DNA of 64,000 nucleotides from Squalus acanthias (GCA_030390025.1 CM059432.1:122452001-122516000); one strand, 5' to 3'; counted from the first letter of the stretch, positions 12,240 to 25,089 are shown. Numbers and translations are program-made. The notes: generated by a model not told the origin, from the letters alone.

Positions 12240-13101
12240 TGCCACCAGGGCAGCAGTCTATGCTTCCACAGATCAGCTGCTGTCACCTTGCTAAAGGAGG
12301 AGAAGGGCTTCAAAGCTTCTGCATGGAGGTATTTCCTGTTATGGGAGATGGAAACACATATTATAAGACACAGAGTTAGTGAGCTCTGTACATTATGAAA
12401 GGTGACGTATGCAGTTATTAATTTTAAAGGGTGAACAGGGTGTTAGTGCCCAAGGAAGAAATGGGTGAGCGAGCAGTCTATTACCTTGCATGCTCTCATC
12501 AGGTCTTTGAACTTTTTCCTGCATTGGTCTGTAGTGCTGAGGGTGAGATTGTTGGCATACGGTGCCAATGCTACCTCACTTCACATTGTACAATGGTGAG
12601 ACGTCTTTCTCTGGTTTCCTCCCATTGGCACCCAGCAGTCTTTCACTCCTTTGCTGCATCTCATTCAGGGTGCCTGAGGACAACCTCAGTAAAATGTGTG
12701 CCCTTCTTCTCTGCCTCCTTCCAATGCCCTGCTCCATTCTTTGGCTGCCTTTGCCTTTGCTTCCACTTGAAGACATTCTTTAAAAGTGCCACAACATCTC
12801 ATGAGCCATGTATTGCAGCTACCTGAAAGACTACTCAGTCTTTCAAACCAGTTAATACTTACCTGCTGCTCCCCCAGCCTGCTGCTGAATATCTTCAGCG
12901 ATTCTAGGCTATTTAAAGGCTGCAATTTTTAATTTCCAACCCCACAGCGCAGTACTCCCATGGTGTATGCGAGTTGCACTCAGCCAACTCCATTGGATAT
13001 TTAAATGCGCTGACCTTGTGATTTCCGATGCGGGAGAGAATAGGTGGGCAGAAGTCCCGGACCAGCAGGGACAAATGGCCCCGTGAAAGTTCTGGCCCCT
13101 T
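12240..13101 (-). mobile_element. Degraded Harbinger end with a Myb exon-1 remnant
   Basis: Minus strand reads QCRKKFKDLMRACK|gtaat near 12485-12525; TIR-like gggccagaacttt at 13101. Confidence 0.6.
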
Positions 13102-13133
13102 ATTTTCATGTAGCCCTGTATCTTTGTTGATTA

Positions 13134-13368
13134 GAGGGATAAATATACCTCGGAATTCTCCACTAGAAAAAACACAGAGCGGGGTGAAATGCAACTCCAT
13201 CCAGGGTGCAAAACGGGCGGTAGCAGAACAGCAGCCCGTTATACACCCCGCCCGATTGTTCTTTCCTTTGACTTCAATGGGGAGGACAATTGGGCGGGGT
13301 ATTTAACAGGTGGCCGATCCTCTACCATCCATTTTACACCCTGACTGAAGATGAATTTTATCCCCCCC
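13134..13368. mobile_element. Short MITE-like element
   Basis: Termini gagggataaat / attttatccccc; internal cgggcg motifs. Confidence 0.4.
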
Positions 13369-13582
13369 ACCGAACATCCAGCGTCCCCATTCCTTCATTG
13401 ACTCGTGCCTTGACAGTATGGGTACCGACATTCTGTTGAAAATAAGTCAACTCACAAAATTTCCAAGACAAGACCCTGTGGCATCATCATGTCAAACAAG
13501 AAGGCCCGCTGGGCCTGATTTACGTAGGGACAAACTTGCTATATTTTTAAGAAATTACACTCTGTGAAGGGACTGGACAATG

Positions 13583-14668
13583 TGTAAGGGGTATCTTAAT
13601 CGCTCCCACACCCCTCCGGTTCCTGGACTTTGGACTTATTTAGGGGTTGTGAACAAAATTGCAGTAAGCAGGTTCTGATGAAAGAATTTTACTTTATTAA
13701 AAGAAAAAGGTAACAAACTTGAAACACACTTATTACTTAAACACAGATTCGGGGAACACACGGTACAAGCGAGGGAAATGAAAATATATCAAACAAAACC
13801 TTATCCCTCCCAAAGATCCCACTATCTGGCTAGGTTTTCAGTTTCAGGAGATCAGGGATAATGCTCACCAACTAATCCTTGACAGGATATTACAGTCTTT
13901 TGTTTAAAAGGACTCCTTAAGGCCCTTGTTGCTGCGAGGTGTCTGATGGTCACTGAGGCAGTCGCTCTGGTTTCTTCTTGCGTGCTGGCCTTCTTCCTCG
14001 TGGCTTGTGGTAGGTTTTGCTGGAGCAGGGAGAGAGCTGTGTCCGTGTCGTCAGCCAGAGAGATTATGGCACAGGCTTTCAAATTATACTGTTTCTTTTT
14101 CGCGCCCAAAAAACCCTTACTAAAACGAATTCCTTTTGTTTGCAAAATGAACCTTGCTTAGTCCAATTGTCTAGTTTTTGGCGGGCTTGCCAGTTCTGAT
14201 GGCTTTAGCTCAGTGTTAAACATGTCTTGATCATTTTCCGATTTAAACACAGCCTTATCTACGCGCCAAATCTCCCCCTATTGTCCTAGGTCTTTTGGCG
14301 GGCTTTTAAATCTGTTCTGTGGATACCTGGTTGATTGGTTTTTGATGAAGTACTAAATGTTTTATTGATTTCAAAAGAGTTCTTGGATTATTCATATTGT
14401 CTTTTGTGTTGTGAGGCTTTTGGTTTTGTCGACAGTTTACTACACTGCCTGGCCATGCCCCTCTGCAGCCTGTGTGTCTGTGAAGGTGTCTTTCCCAACA
14501 GTAAGATTCGAAAAGTCATTTTCCTCAGGGTTTTCTTCTTGTGATCTTTAGGTTTTTACATCAAATCACTTCACTGAGGTCCCATCATCCCAAGTTTGTA
14601 TGAAAAGTCCAAAAATCACTCCCTTTAGGGCTCTGTTCTAGTTTCTGGGGGATTTTGCGAAGCCTACA
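13583..14668 (-). mobile_element. Solo LTR 1 (ERV- or Gypsy-like)
   Basis: TGTAA..CTACA termini; 4-bp TSD AATG (13579-82 / 14669-72); minus-strand AATAAA near 13695; U5 end homologous to the LTR at 59050-60692. Confidence 0.85.
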
Positions 14669-15966
14669 AATGCAACTGGTTCATTTATAGTTAGATTCTG
14701 CCCACTTCGAGCACTTTTAAACAATATAAAACAGTAATCACGTCAGAGGTATTCAGAAGTAAATTAACATCAATTAGCGGTCTTTTAGTGCATGAAACAG
14801 ATGCTCCCACTTGGGAACTGGAAGGTTTTAAAGAACCTTATCATTTCCTCCTGGCTGTATGTGAGTTCACAGTACATCCTACTTATTCAGGATTGATCAC
14901 AATTTGCTATCAGGGTTCTGTTGCTAAAGTCTGATTGCGAATGGTAGGAAGTACTTCTGTCCAAAGTCAGGTGATTTGGTGGGCAGTCCCTCAGTAGTAT
15001 GCAAAATTAGGCTTGTGTTTAGAGTGAACGCAGGTGCACAGCCCAAACAGAATATCATTACAGGCGAGTTTGCAGTGGACATGGTTTGAACATTGGATCA
15101 GGAGTAGGCCATTGAGCCACTCGAGCCTGTTCCGCCATTCAGTGAGATCATGGCTGATCTGCGATTGAACTCTATAAACCCGCCTGTAGCCCATATCACT
15201 TAATACCTTTGGTTAACAAAAATCTATCAATCTCAGTTTAAAATTAACAATTAATCTAGCATCAATTGCCATTTGCAGAAGAGAGTTCCAAACTTCTACC
15301 ACCCTTTGTGTGTAGAAGTGTTTCCGAACTTCAAAACTGAAAGGCCTGGTTCTAATTTTTAGACTGTGCCCCCTAGTCCTAGACCCCCCAACCAGCAGAA
15401 ATAGTTTCTCTCTATCTACCCTATCTGTTCCCCTTAATAGCTTGAAAACTTCGATTAAATCACCCTTAACCTTCTAAATTCCAGGGAATACAATCCAAGT
15501 TTATATAAGTTCTCCTCATAATTTAACCCTTGGAGTCCAGGTATCATTCTGGTAAATCAACGCTACACTCCCTCCAAGGCCAATATATCCTTCCTAAGGT
15601 GTGGTGCCCAGAACTTTTCTCAGTACGCCAGGTGTGGTCTAACCAAGGTTTTGTATAACTGTAACATAGCTTCTACCCCCTTGTATTCTAGTCCTCTAGA
15701 AATAAAGGCCAGCATTCCATTAGCCTTTTTGATTATTTTCTGTACGTGTTCATGGCATTTTAATGATCTATGTACCTAGACCCCCAAGTCTCTTTTTACC
15801 TCCACTGTTTCTAGCTTTCCACCATTTAGAAAGTACTCTGATCTATCCTTTTTAGGTCCAAAGTGGATGACCTCACATTTGCCTATATTGAAATCCATTT
15901 GCCACAGTTTTGCCCATTCACTTAATCTATTAATATCTCTTTGTAATTTTATGCTTCCTTCTCACT

Positions 15967-16624
15967 GGCCCGTATTTTCCGATCCCTACGGGTGTGTACG
16001 AGCTGTGTACACACCCGTAGGGACCTCGCAAGTGCCGGTTTCAGGCATCAGGATTACAAGGGCCGGTTTCAGGTCTGCCGGGGAGAAGGGCCTCTGCGGG
16101 TGGAGAGTTCCGCTTTCTGCAGAACCTCCGTCCGCTGAAAACCCTTAAAAATCTTACGCCTGGTAAAAGCAAGCATAAGGCTTGCTTTTACCAGCATAAG
16201 AGTTTAAAAAAGTAAAAATTAATTTTTTTTCACTCATTTATAATGTAAAAATACTTTTAAAAAAGGTTAGTTTATTTTTAGCCCCGTAAAAACTTTAATT
16301 ATTTTTTTCAAAAAATTTAATTTTTGTTTAAAATATTTAATTTAATGTAATTTTAACTCATTTTAAAAACGTGAGATTTTTTAAAATTTATTTAATGTTG
16401 TAGTGTCTTTTTTCAGTGAGTGATCCCCATTCATACTTTTGACAGGTCTATCCCAGGGATGCTTGCGAACTGCCTGCGCCCCTGGGATATCTTTGCGTGC
16501 GAGCACCAGGAGAGGCCCAGGAGCAGAAGAGTCCGGACCTCTGGAGCCCTCAGGTAAGGGCGTAGAATTTTTCCTGATAGGAGGCATCCGCACGCAGGAA
16601 GCCTCCTATCGGAAATTGCAGGCC
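15967..16624. mobile_element. Harbinger-type MITE
   Basis: TIRs ggcccgtattttccgat / atcggaaattgcaggcc; perfect 3-bp TSD ACT; AT-rich core. Confidence 0.85.
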
Positions 16625-16712
16625 ACTGCTTACAATGCCACCTATATTTGTGTGATTGGCAAACTTGGATATGTGGCATTCTATCCCATCATCTAAGTCA
16701 TTAATAAATACG

Positions 16713-17360
16713 TTGCAGGAAAGGATGCCCCAGAGCATGGTACATCGGCGAGACCATGCAGACACTGAGACAACGTATGAATGGACACCGTGCAACAATC
16801 GCCAGGCAGGATAGTTGTCTCCCAGTCGAGGAACATTTCCGCAGTCAAGGGCATTCAGCCTCGGATCTGCGGGTTAGCGTTCTCCAAGGCGGCCTTCGAG
16901 ACGCACGACAACGCAAAATCATCGAGCAGAAACTGATAGCCAAGTTCCGCACTCATGAGGACGGCCTCAATAGGGATATCGGGTTCATGTCACGCTACAG
17001 AACGTGACTTGACATCGTTGTCTGTCTTTCCAGTTTTTAAAAAACAAACACAATAAAAACAAACACAAAAAACAAACCCCAAAAAAGACGGAGAGAGAGG
17101 AAGGGATATGGAGAGAGATCTGCTACAGACAGCAGGATTTGACACGTTGGACCCCCTGGGACACATCTCATTGTCTTGGCTGTGCTCTTGGTGTGTCTTT
17201 GATGTAAGGAAAGATTGTATCTCTGCAGTATCTGTGCTTATATTCTGTGAACTTTTGTAGATTCACTCATTTTAACTTTACCTGAAGAAGGGGCGATAGC
17301 TCTGAAAGCTTGTAATTTTAAATAAATCTGTTGGACTATAACCTGGTGTTATGCGACTTC
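16713..17360 (+). mobile_element. Penelope family-1 3' fragment (GIY-YIG C-terminus + pLTR with degenerate HHR at ~17278-17315)
   Basis: WYIGETMQTLRQRMNGH..GLNRDIG; ~15-bp TSD tcat(t/c)aataaatacg at 16698-16712 / 17361-17375. Confidence 0.88.
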
Positions 17361-17649
17361 TCATCAATAAATACGGTGAATAGTTGAGGCCCCAACACAG
17401 ATCCCTGCGGAACACCACTAGTCACATCCTGCCAATTATCCCTACTCTCTGTCTCCTGCCACTCAAACCAATTTCCTAACCTGGTCAATAATTTGCCTTT
17501 AATTCCATGAGCTTCAACTTTAGCTAACCATCTCTTATGAGGGACTTTATCAAATGTCTTCTGGAAGTCCATATAAATAACATCCATAGACATTCCCCTG
17601 TCCACTACTGTTCAAATGTGTGTCATATTCAATTCATACAAAAAATAAC

Positions 17650-18084
17650 GGGCAACACGGTGGCATAGTGGTTAGCACTGGTGCCTCACAGCGCCAGAGA
17701 CCCGGGTTCGAATCTGACCTCGGGTGACTGTCTGTGTGGAGTTTGCACATTCTCCCCGTGTCTGCGTGGGTTTCCTCCGGGTGCTCCGGTTTCCTCCCAC
17801 AGTCCAAAAATGTGTGGGTTAGGTTGATTTGGCTATGATAAATTGACCCTTAGTGTTAGGGGGGATTAAATATGTGGGGTTATGGGGATAGGATGGGATA
17901 TGTTAGGGGGAATTAAATACGTGGGGTTACGGGGGTAGGGTGGGATATGTGTACTGTGGGGATTAAAGCAGGGACAGGGTACTGGATTTGGATGATCAGC
18001 CATGATCGTATTGAATGGTGGAGCAGGCTCGACGGGCCGAATGGCCTACTCCTGCTCCTAGATTCTATGTTTCTATGTTTCTAT
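17650..18084 (+). mobile_element. HE1-type V-SINE (tRNA head, V-domain, CR1-derived tail)
   Basis: A/B boxes tggcatagtgg / ggttcgaatc; V-domain gtgggtttcctccgggtgctccggtttcctcccaca; CR1 3' stem-loop and (tttctatg)n tail. Confidence 0.88.
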
Positions 18085-19074
18085 AGTGGAAACATAACAA
18101 ATTTTCACAGATAAGTTATGTAAACGTGACAGTCTGTAATTACACAGGAGTTGAACTATGTGAATTAGTGGTGATGTTACTTCAAATGTACAGTAAAGCC
18201 ATCAAAGATTTTAAGAGAAATCATAACCAAACTGGTTTCTAACAGTTCTGCTATAATATTTGCAAATAAGTTACTACTTTAATCAGAAATGCAAATTGAT
18301 CCATTTTGTCTGACATTCCTTTCTTTGCTGCTTTAGAAGAGGGAGTTGACCTGTTTAAAATAAATATGGTTAACACCTCTGAAATAGTGAAGAGAAGAAT
18401 TTCAAACTTGTTAAGCATTCATAGTCGAGTATCCAACAATGTAATTACAAGGCCTTCAATACTTGCGGCAACTGTGCAAAGTAATGTAGACACTGTCAAA
18501 GTTACATCATCAGGAACTGCAGCTGCTTAAAGACCTGTGAAGATTCAATTTGAGATTGAGGCAGAGCCAAATACCACACTTTGTTGAGCTGTGAGTGCGA
18601 CATGTGGCAGGTGTCCTGATGTTGTCACATGCTATCACTGGGTCTCACACACCACAGGAATTTGCTGCCAACTAAGATTTTATCTAACTACCCACTTAGA
18701 ACACACATACCACAGGAAGCCTATTTGCATTGTTCTGTGTGGCTTTTAGCCGTTTTTGTATAACTACGGCCAGCTTTAAACTGCAGACAAATAATTGTTT
18801 GCAAACAAATCAACAATTCTCCACAAAACGCTGCAAATTAAACACTTTTGCCCAAATTTCTAGCTTCACATCTGAATTATATAGTTGTGTTTTACACTGT
18901 CACCTACACAGCATCCATTGTGCACTCTGGACTTCTTGCCGACAAACAGTATTAATGCCACAGCAGAATAATACAGTTTATATGTCTTAACAAATATTTT
19001 ATAGCTAGAATTTTAGTTTCCATCCCTGATTTGTGCAGGATCTCAGTCAGGGTGGCAGTAAGGGCGCTGCTTAA

Positions 19075-19572
19075 CTGCGGGTGACCGCTTTGCGGAACAC
19101 CTCCGCTCAGTCCGCAAGCTTCCGGTCGCCTGTCATTTTCATTCCCCGCCCCACTCCCACTCTGACCTCTCTGACCTCGGCCTCTTACACTGTTCCAATA
19201 AAGCGCAACGTAAGCTCGAGGAACAGAACCTCATCTTTCTATTAGGCACTTTACAGCCTTCCAGACTCAACACTGAGTTCAACAATTTCAGACCAGAACC
19301 TCTGCCCCCATTTTTTTTGGATGGCAGCTGTTGCTGATGATTCTGATATTCCTATTAACACCTCCTCGAGGCCCATCTTTTGTTCCTTTAGTTGCTCCAT
19401 TACCATTTCCTTTCGCCTTGCACCATCATCCCTTTTCTCATTTAATCTCTCCTGCCTTCCACTCTATCACAGTCCTTCCCTTTTGTTGTTTCCTCCCCTG
19501 CCCCCTTTACCTGCCCCTATACTTGCTTAAAATCTGTTACGTCTCAAACTTTTTCCAGTTCTGACGAAAGGT
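19075..19572 (+). mobile_element. Penelope family-2 3' fragment; continues at 20856-20866 and 26614-26720 after two nested insertions
   Basis: Homologous to 57950-58470 (GDRFAEHLRSVRK, LEEQNLIF, 3' UTR ending ctgacgaaaggt). Confidence 0.85.
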
Positions 19573-20855
19573 AAAAAATCACGGGATTGGGGGTAATATT
19601 CTGGCATGGATAGAGGATTGGCTATCTAACAGAAAGCAAAGAGTTGGGATAAATGGTTCATTCTCAGACTGGCAATCAGTAACTAGTGGTGTTCCACAGG
19701 GGTCAGTGCTGGGTCCCCAACTCTTCACAATCTATATTAACGATTTGGAGGAAGGGACCAAGTGTAACATATCAAAATTTGCAGATGATACAAAGATGGG
19801 AGGGAAAGTAGTGAATGAGGAGGACATAAAAAACCTGCAAGGGGACATAGACAGGCTAAGTAAGTGGGCAGAGATTTGGCAGATGGAATACAACACTGGA
19901 AAGTGTGAGGTGATGCACTTTGGCAGGAAAAATCCTAGAGCAATTTATTATCTTAATGGCAAGAAACTGGAGAGTACTGAAGTGCAAAGGGATCTGGGGG
20001 TCCTGGTGCACGAAACTCAAAAGGTTAGTATGCAGGTGCAGCAAGTGATTAAGAAGGCAAATGGAATGTTGGCTTTCATTGCTAGGGGGATAGAATATAA
20101 AAATAGGGAGGTATTGCTTCAGTTGTACAAGGTATTGGTGAGACCGCACCTGGAATACTGCATACAGTTTTGGTGTCCTTACTTAAGGAAAGACATCCTT
20201 GCTCTCGAGGCAGTGCAAAAAAGGTTCATTCGGTTAATCCCGGGGATGAGGGGGTGGTCATATGAGGAGAGGTTGGGTAGATTGGGACTCTACTCATTGG
20301 AGTTCAGAAGAATGAGAGGCGATCTTATTGAAACATATAAGATTGTGAAGGGGTTGGATCGGGTGGATGCGGGGAGGATGTTCCCGATGACGGGTGAGAC
20401 GAGAACTAGGGGACATAGTCTTAGAATAAGGGGCTGCTCTTTCAAAACTGAGATGAGGAGGAACTACTTCACTCAGAGGGTGGTAGGTCCATGGAATATG
20501 CTGCCACAAAAAGCTGTAGAAGCTACAACATTAATTAAATTTAAAACAGAAATAGACAGTTTCCTAGAAGTAAAGGGCATTAAGGGTTACGGGGAGCGGG
20601 CAGGAATTTGGACATGAGTCTAGGTTCGGATCGGTCATGGCCCTGTGGGTAGTGGAGCGGGCCCAGGGACTGTGTAGCCTGATTCTGCTCCTATTTCGTG
20701 TGTGCAATTCTGTTAGATGCAGGAGATGGTTCTGTGATAGATAGTAGATTGGCGGTTAGGATCAGATCAGCCATGATCTTATTGAATGGCGGAGCAGGCT
20801 CGAGGGGCCGATTGGCCTACTCCTGCTCCTATTTCTTATGTTCTTATGTTCTTAT
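19573..20855 (+). mobile_element. Young 5'-truncated CR1 LINE (RT C-terminal ORF 19706..20617)
   Basis: Nearly identical to 24045-25327; FADD motif; (ttcttatg)n tail. Confidence 0.95.
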
Positions 20856-21754
20856 TCTGAAACATTGGACGAAACATTCGGGGGCTTTACGCCACCCATT
20901 ACTGGCAAAAAATGGCGAAAGATCAGCAACTGGTGGCAGGATCCGCGGCGTCCTCCATTTTCTACGTCCCCGTAGCGCTGCCGGAAAGATTGAGCGCCCT
21001 GCAAAAAAAAATGGCGGATTGGTGACGTGCACGCCGACTTAACGTCACCACAGCCAACCTCGACCCTAGTACTGAGTTCAGCGCTGGGTCATAACCACGC
21101 GAGGGAAAGCCAGCTTGCAAAGAGACTGATAGAGGCACTGCCAGCACCTCTTAAAGGGACGCACACACCTTTCGGGTAAGTTTGCATTTAAGATTTTGGA
21201 CTTTTTTTTTATTATTGAAGTAGTGACTTGCTGCAATAGATGTTAAAAGTTTTTTTAAGTGTGTAAGGAGTGCTGCTGGATGCTTGCAAGGCCTCGGATG
21301 GTAAAGGAAGACCTCTGAGAAAACAGAAAATGCTGCAAATACTCAACAGATCAGGCAGCATCTGTGGAGAGAGAAACAGAGTTCACGTCTCAGGATGAGA
21401 TGCTGCCTGACCTACTGAGTATTTCCAGCATTTTATTCTGTCATTTCAGATTTACAGCATACATTCACAAAGGGAAGAGCAGGAAGCAGAAGAGGAGGAA
21501 GCAGATGGAAGGATGCATCCCAGACAGCCCCTTTGTGGCCGAGATATCCGGGATGGAATTATCCGCCTGCAGTCCCAGTGACCATAACCCCATTTCCCCT
21601 TTCAACATTAGTCCCACACCTTACTTTTCCTCTGTTACTGACCATCACAGCGTCCTCTTGGCCACAATGCTGAAATGAAAGCCACCACAAAGCAAACTTT
21701 CTAATCCAACTTTATACATCTATCCATCCAATATGGCATCAAGATCCAGTTGTC

Positions 21755-22099
21755 GTGGTCCATGTTGGTACCAATGACATAGATAGGACAAGGAAAGAGG
21801 TTCTGCTGAGGGAGTTTGAGCAGCTAGGGGCCAAATTAAAAAGCAGAACCTCGAGGGTAATAATCTCTGGATTACTACCTGAGCCACGAGCAAATTTGGC
21901 TAGGGTAAATAAAATCAGGGAGTTGAATGCGTGGCTCAAAGACTGGTGTGGGAAAAATGGGTTTTGCTTCTTGGGACACTGGCACCAGTACTGGGGCAGG
22001 AGAGAGCTGTTCCGTTGGGACGGACTTCACTTGGCCAGTGCTGGGACTAGTGTCCTGGCGAATCGAATAACTAGGGCTGTGGAGAGGGCTTTAAACTAA
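21755..22099 (+). CDS. CR1 ORF1 C-terminal SGNH/esterase domain (partial)
   Basis: VHVGTND, IISGLLP and DGLHL motifs. Confidence 0.85.
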   Translation: MVHVGTNDIDRTRKEVLLREFEQLGAKLKSRTSRVIISGLLPEPRANLARVNKIRELNAWLKDWCGKNGFCFLGHWHQYWGRRELFRWDGLHLASAGTSVLANRITRAVERALN

Positions 22100-22137
22100 T
22101 TAGTGGGGGGGAGGTTTCAAGAGAGCAAAAAATAAAA

Positions 22138-25089
22138 ATGACAACAGAGAGGGTCATAGACATAGGTAGCAGTAGGGGAATCACAAATCAGAGCGTGGCA
22201 GGAAGGGACAGAGTGTGTGGAGTAAAAGGTAAACTGGTAAAAAGTGAAAAAGCAGGAACTAAGTGCCACAAAGCATATTTGAAAGTTCTCTATCTGAATG
22301 CACGTAGCATTCGTAACAAAATAGACGAGTTAATGGCACAAATAACTACATATGGTTATGATATTGTGGCCATTACAGAAACATGGCTGCAGGGTGACAA
22401 TGCCTGGGAATTAAACATACCAGGTTATTTAACGATCAGGAAGGACAGGCAGGAAGGAAGGGGAGGTGGGGTGGCTATGTTAATAAAGGAAGGAATCACT
22501 GTAATACAGAGTAATGATATTGGGTCAAAAAATCATGATAATGAAACAGTTTGGGTGGAGATAAGGAATAATAAGGGGAAAAAAACATTAGTGGGCGTAG
22601 TCTATAGGCCTCCGAACAGTTGCAACTCTATTGGACGGAGTATCAATCAGGAAATAGTTGAGGCATGTAATAAGGGAACATCTATAATTATGGGGGATTT
22701 TAACTATCATATTAATTGGACAAATCAAATGGGGCAGGGCTGCCTTGAGGATGAGTTCATTGAGTGTATTAGGGATGGGTTTCTTGAGCAGTATGTAACT
22801 GAACCGACCAGGGGGCAAGCAACCTTAGATCTGGTCCTGTGTAACGAGACAGGATTAATTAAAAATGTCCTAGTAAAGGATCCCCTTGGAATGAGTGACC
22901 ATAACATGGTTGAATTCCATATTCAATTAGAGGGTGAGAAGGTTGGATCTCAAACAAGCGTGCTAAGCTTGAATAAAGGAGACTATGAAGGTATGCGAGC
23001 AGAATTGAGTAGAGTGGATTGGGAAAATAGATTAAAGGGTAAGATGACACATGATCAGTGGTGTACATTCAAGGAGTTATTTTACAACTTCCAAAAAAAA
23101 TATATTCCACTGAAAAGAAAAGGGTGTAAAAGAAAGGACAGTCATCCGTGGCTAAGTAAAGAAATTAAGGATAGTATTCGACTAAAAACAAGGGCATATA
23201 AGGTAGCGAAATCTAGTGGGAGGACAGAGGATTGGGAAAACTTTAAAAGGCAGCAAAAAATAACAAAAAGATTGATTAAGAAAGGGAAGATAGATTATGA
23301 AAGTAAATTAGCAAAAAATATAAAAACAGATAGTAAGAGTTTTTATAGTTATATAAAAAGAAAAAGGGTGGCTAAAGTAAATGTTGGTCCCTTAGAGGAT
23401 GAGACCGGGAAATTAATGGTGGGAAATATGGAGATGGCAAAAACACTGAATGAATATTTTGTATCAGTCTTTACAGTAGAGGACACTAAGAATATCCCAA
23501 CACTGGACAAACAGGGGGCTATAGGGGGAGAGGAGCTAAACACGATCAAAATCACTAAGGAAGTGGTACTCGGTAAAATAATGGGACTCAAGGCGGATAA
23601 ATCACCTGGACCTGATGGCTTACATCCTAGAGTCTTGAAGGAAGTGGCGGTAGGGATTGTAGATGCATTGGTAATAATTTTTCAAAACTCCCTGGATTCC
23701 GCTAAGGTCCCGGCAGACTGGAAAACTGCTAATGTAACACCCTTATTTAAAAAGGGCAGTAGACAGAAGGCTGGTAACTATAGACCGGTTAGCCTAACAT
23801 CTGTGGTAGGTAAAATTTTGGAGTCCATTATTAAGGAAACAGTAACAGGACATTTGGATAATCATAATTTAATAGGACAAAGTCAGCATGGTTTTACGAA
23901 GGGGAAGTCATGTTTGACAAATTTGCTGGAGTTCTTTGAGGAAGTAACATATAGAGTGGATAAAGGGGAACCAGTGGACGTAGTGTATTTAGACTTCCAA
24001 AAGGCATTTGACAAGGTGCCACACAAAAGATTATTGCTTAAGGTAAAAAATCACGGGATTGGGGGTAATATTCTGGCATGGATAGAGGATTGGCTATCTA
24101 ACAGAAAGCAAAGAGTTGGGATAAATGGTTCATTCTCAGACTGGCAATCAGTAACTAGTGGTGTTCCACAGGGGTCAGTGCTGGGTCCCCAACTCTTCAC
24201 AATCTATATTAACGATTTGGAGGAAGGGACCAAGTGTAACATATCAAAATTTGCAGATGATACAAAGATGGGAGGGAAAGTAGTGAGTGAGGAGGACATA
24301 AAAAACCTGCAAGGGGACATAGACAGGCTAAGTAAGTGGGCAGAGATTTGGCAGATGGAATACAACACTGGAAAGTGTGAGGTGATGCACTTTGGCAGGA
24401 AAAATCCTAGAGCAATTTATTATCTTAATGGCAAGAAACTGGAGAGTACTGAAGTGCAAAGGGATCTGGGGGTCCTGGTGCACGAAACTCAAAAGGTTAG
24501 TATGCAGGTGCAGCAAGTGATTAAGAAGGCAAATGGAATGTTGGCTTTCATTGCTAGGGGGATAGAATATAAAAATAGGGAGGTATTGCTTCAGTTGTAC
24601 AAGGTATTGGTGAGACCGCACCTGGAATACTGCATACAGTTTTGGTGTCCTTACTTAAGGAAAGACATCCTTGCTCTCGAAGCAGTGCAAAAAAGGTTCA
24701 CTCGGTTAATCCCGGGGATGAGGGGGTGGTCATATGAGGAGAGGTTGGGTAGATTGGGACTCTACTCATTGGAGTTCAGAAGAATGAGAGGCGATCTTAT
24801 TGAAACATATAAGATTGTGAAGGGGTTGGATCGGGTGGATGCGGGGAGGATGTTCCCGATGACGGGTGAGACGAGAACTAGGGGACATAGTCTTAGAATA
24901 AGGGGCTGCTCTTTCAAAACTGAGATGAGGAGGAACTACTTCACTCAGAGGGTGGTAGGTCCATGGAATATGCTGCCACAAAAAGCTGTAGAAGCTACAA
25001 CATTAATTAAATTTAAAACAGAAATAGACAGTTTCCTAGAAGTAAAGGGCATTAAGGGTTACGGGGAGCGGGCAGGAATTTGGACATGA
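22138..25089 (+). CDS. CR1 ORF2: APE endonuclease + reverse transcriptase, intact 983 aa
   Basis: LNARS, ITETW, GDFN, SDH; PGPDG, YRPVSL, DFQKAFD, GVPQGSVLGP, FADD, TRGH. Confidence 0.96.
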   Translation: MTTERVIDIGSSRGITNQSVAGRDRVCGVKGKLVKSEKAGTKCHKAYLKVLYLNARSIRNKIDELMAQITTYGYDIVAITETWLQGDNAWELNIPGYLTIRKDRQEGRGGGVAMLIKEGITVIQSNDIGSKNHDNETVWVEIRNNKGKKTLVGVVYRPPNSCNSIGRSINQEIVEACNKGTSIIMGDFNYHINWTNQMGQGCLEDEFIECIRDGFLEQYVTEPTRGQATLDLVLCNETGLIKNVLVKDPLGMSDHNMVEFHIQLEGEKVGSQTSVLSLNKGDYEGMRAELSRVDWENRLKGKMTHDQWCTFKELFYNFQKKYIPLKRKGCKRKDSHPWLSKEIKDSIRLKTRAYKVAKSSGRTEDWENFKRQQKITKRLIKKGKIDYESKLAKNIKTDSKSFYSYIKRKRVAKVNVGPLEDETGKLMVGNMEMAKTLNEYFVSVFTVEDTKNIPTLDKQGAIGGEELNTIKITKEVVLGKIMGLKADKSPGPDGLHPRVLKEVAVGIVDALVIIFQNSLDSAKVPADWKTANVTPLFKKGSRQKAGNYRPVSLTSVVGKILESIIKETVTGHLDNHNLIGQSQHGFTKGKSCLTNLLEFFEEVTYRVDKGEPVDVVYLDFQKAFDKVPHKRLLLKVKNHGIGGNILAWIEDWLSNRKQRVGINGSFSDWQSVTSGVPQGSVLGPQLFTIYINDLEEGTKCNISKFADDTKMGGKVVSEEDIKNLQGDIDRLSKWAEIWQMEYNTGKCEVMHFGRKNPRAIYYLNGKKLESTEVQRDLGVLVHETQKVSMQVQQVIKKANGMLAFIARGIEYKNREVLLQLYKVLVRPHLEYCIQFWCPYLRKDILALEAVQKRFTRLIPGMRGWSYEERLGRLGLYSLEFRRMRGDLIETYKIVKGLDRVDAGRMFPMTGETRTRGHSLRIRGCSFKTEMRRNYFTQRVVGPWNMLPQKAVEATTLIKFKTEIDSFLEVKGIKGYGERAGIWT

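Larger units (their letters stand above)
15088..17610 (-). mobile_element. Degraded CR1 LINE 3' fragment, interrupted by a MITE (15967-16624) and a Penelope fragment (16713-17360)
   Basis: DVIYMDFQKTFDKVPHKR, SGVPQGSVLGPQLF and INDLDDGIECHISKFA on the minus strand; CR1 3' stem-loop at ~15095-15160. Confidence 0.85.

Noticed and set aside
17650..17722. tRNA gene
   Set aside because: The tRNA-like A/B boxes are the head of a V-SINE and no complete cloverleaf is evident
18306..18530. 74-aa ORF in AT-rich unique-looking sequence
   Set aside because: Starts at TTG, has an in-frame stop immediately upstream and no splice signals or motif I can name; possibly an old transposase relic, but unsupported
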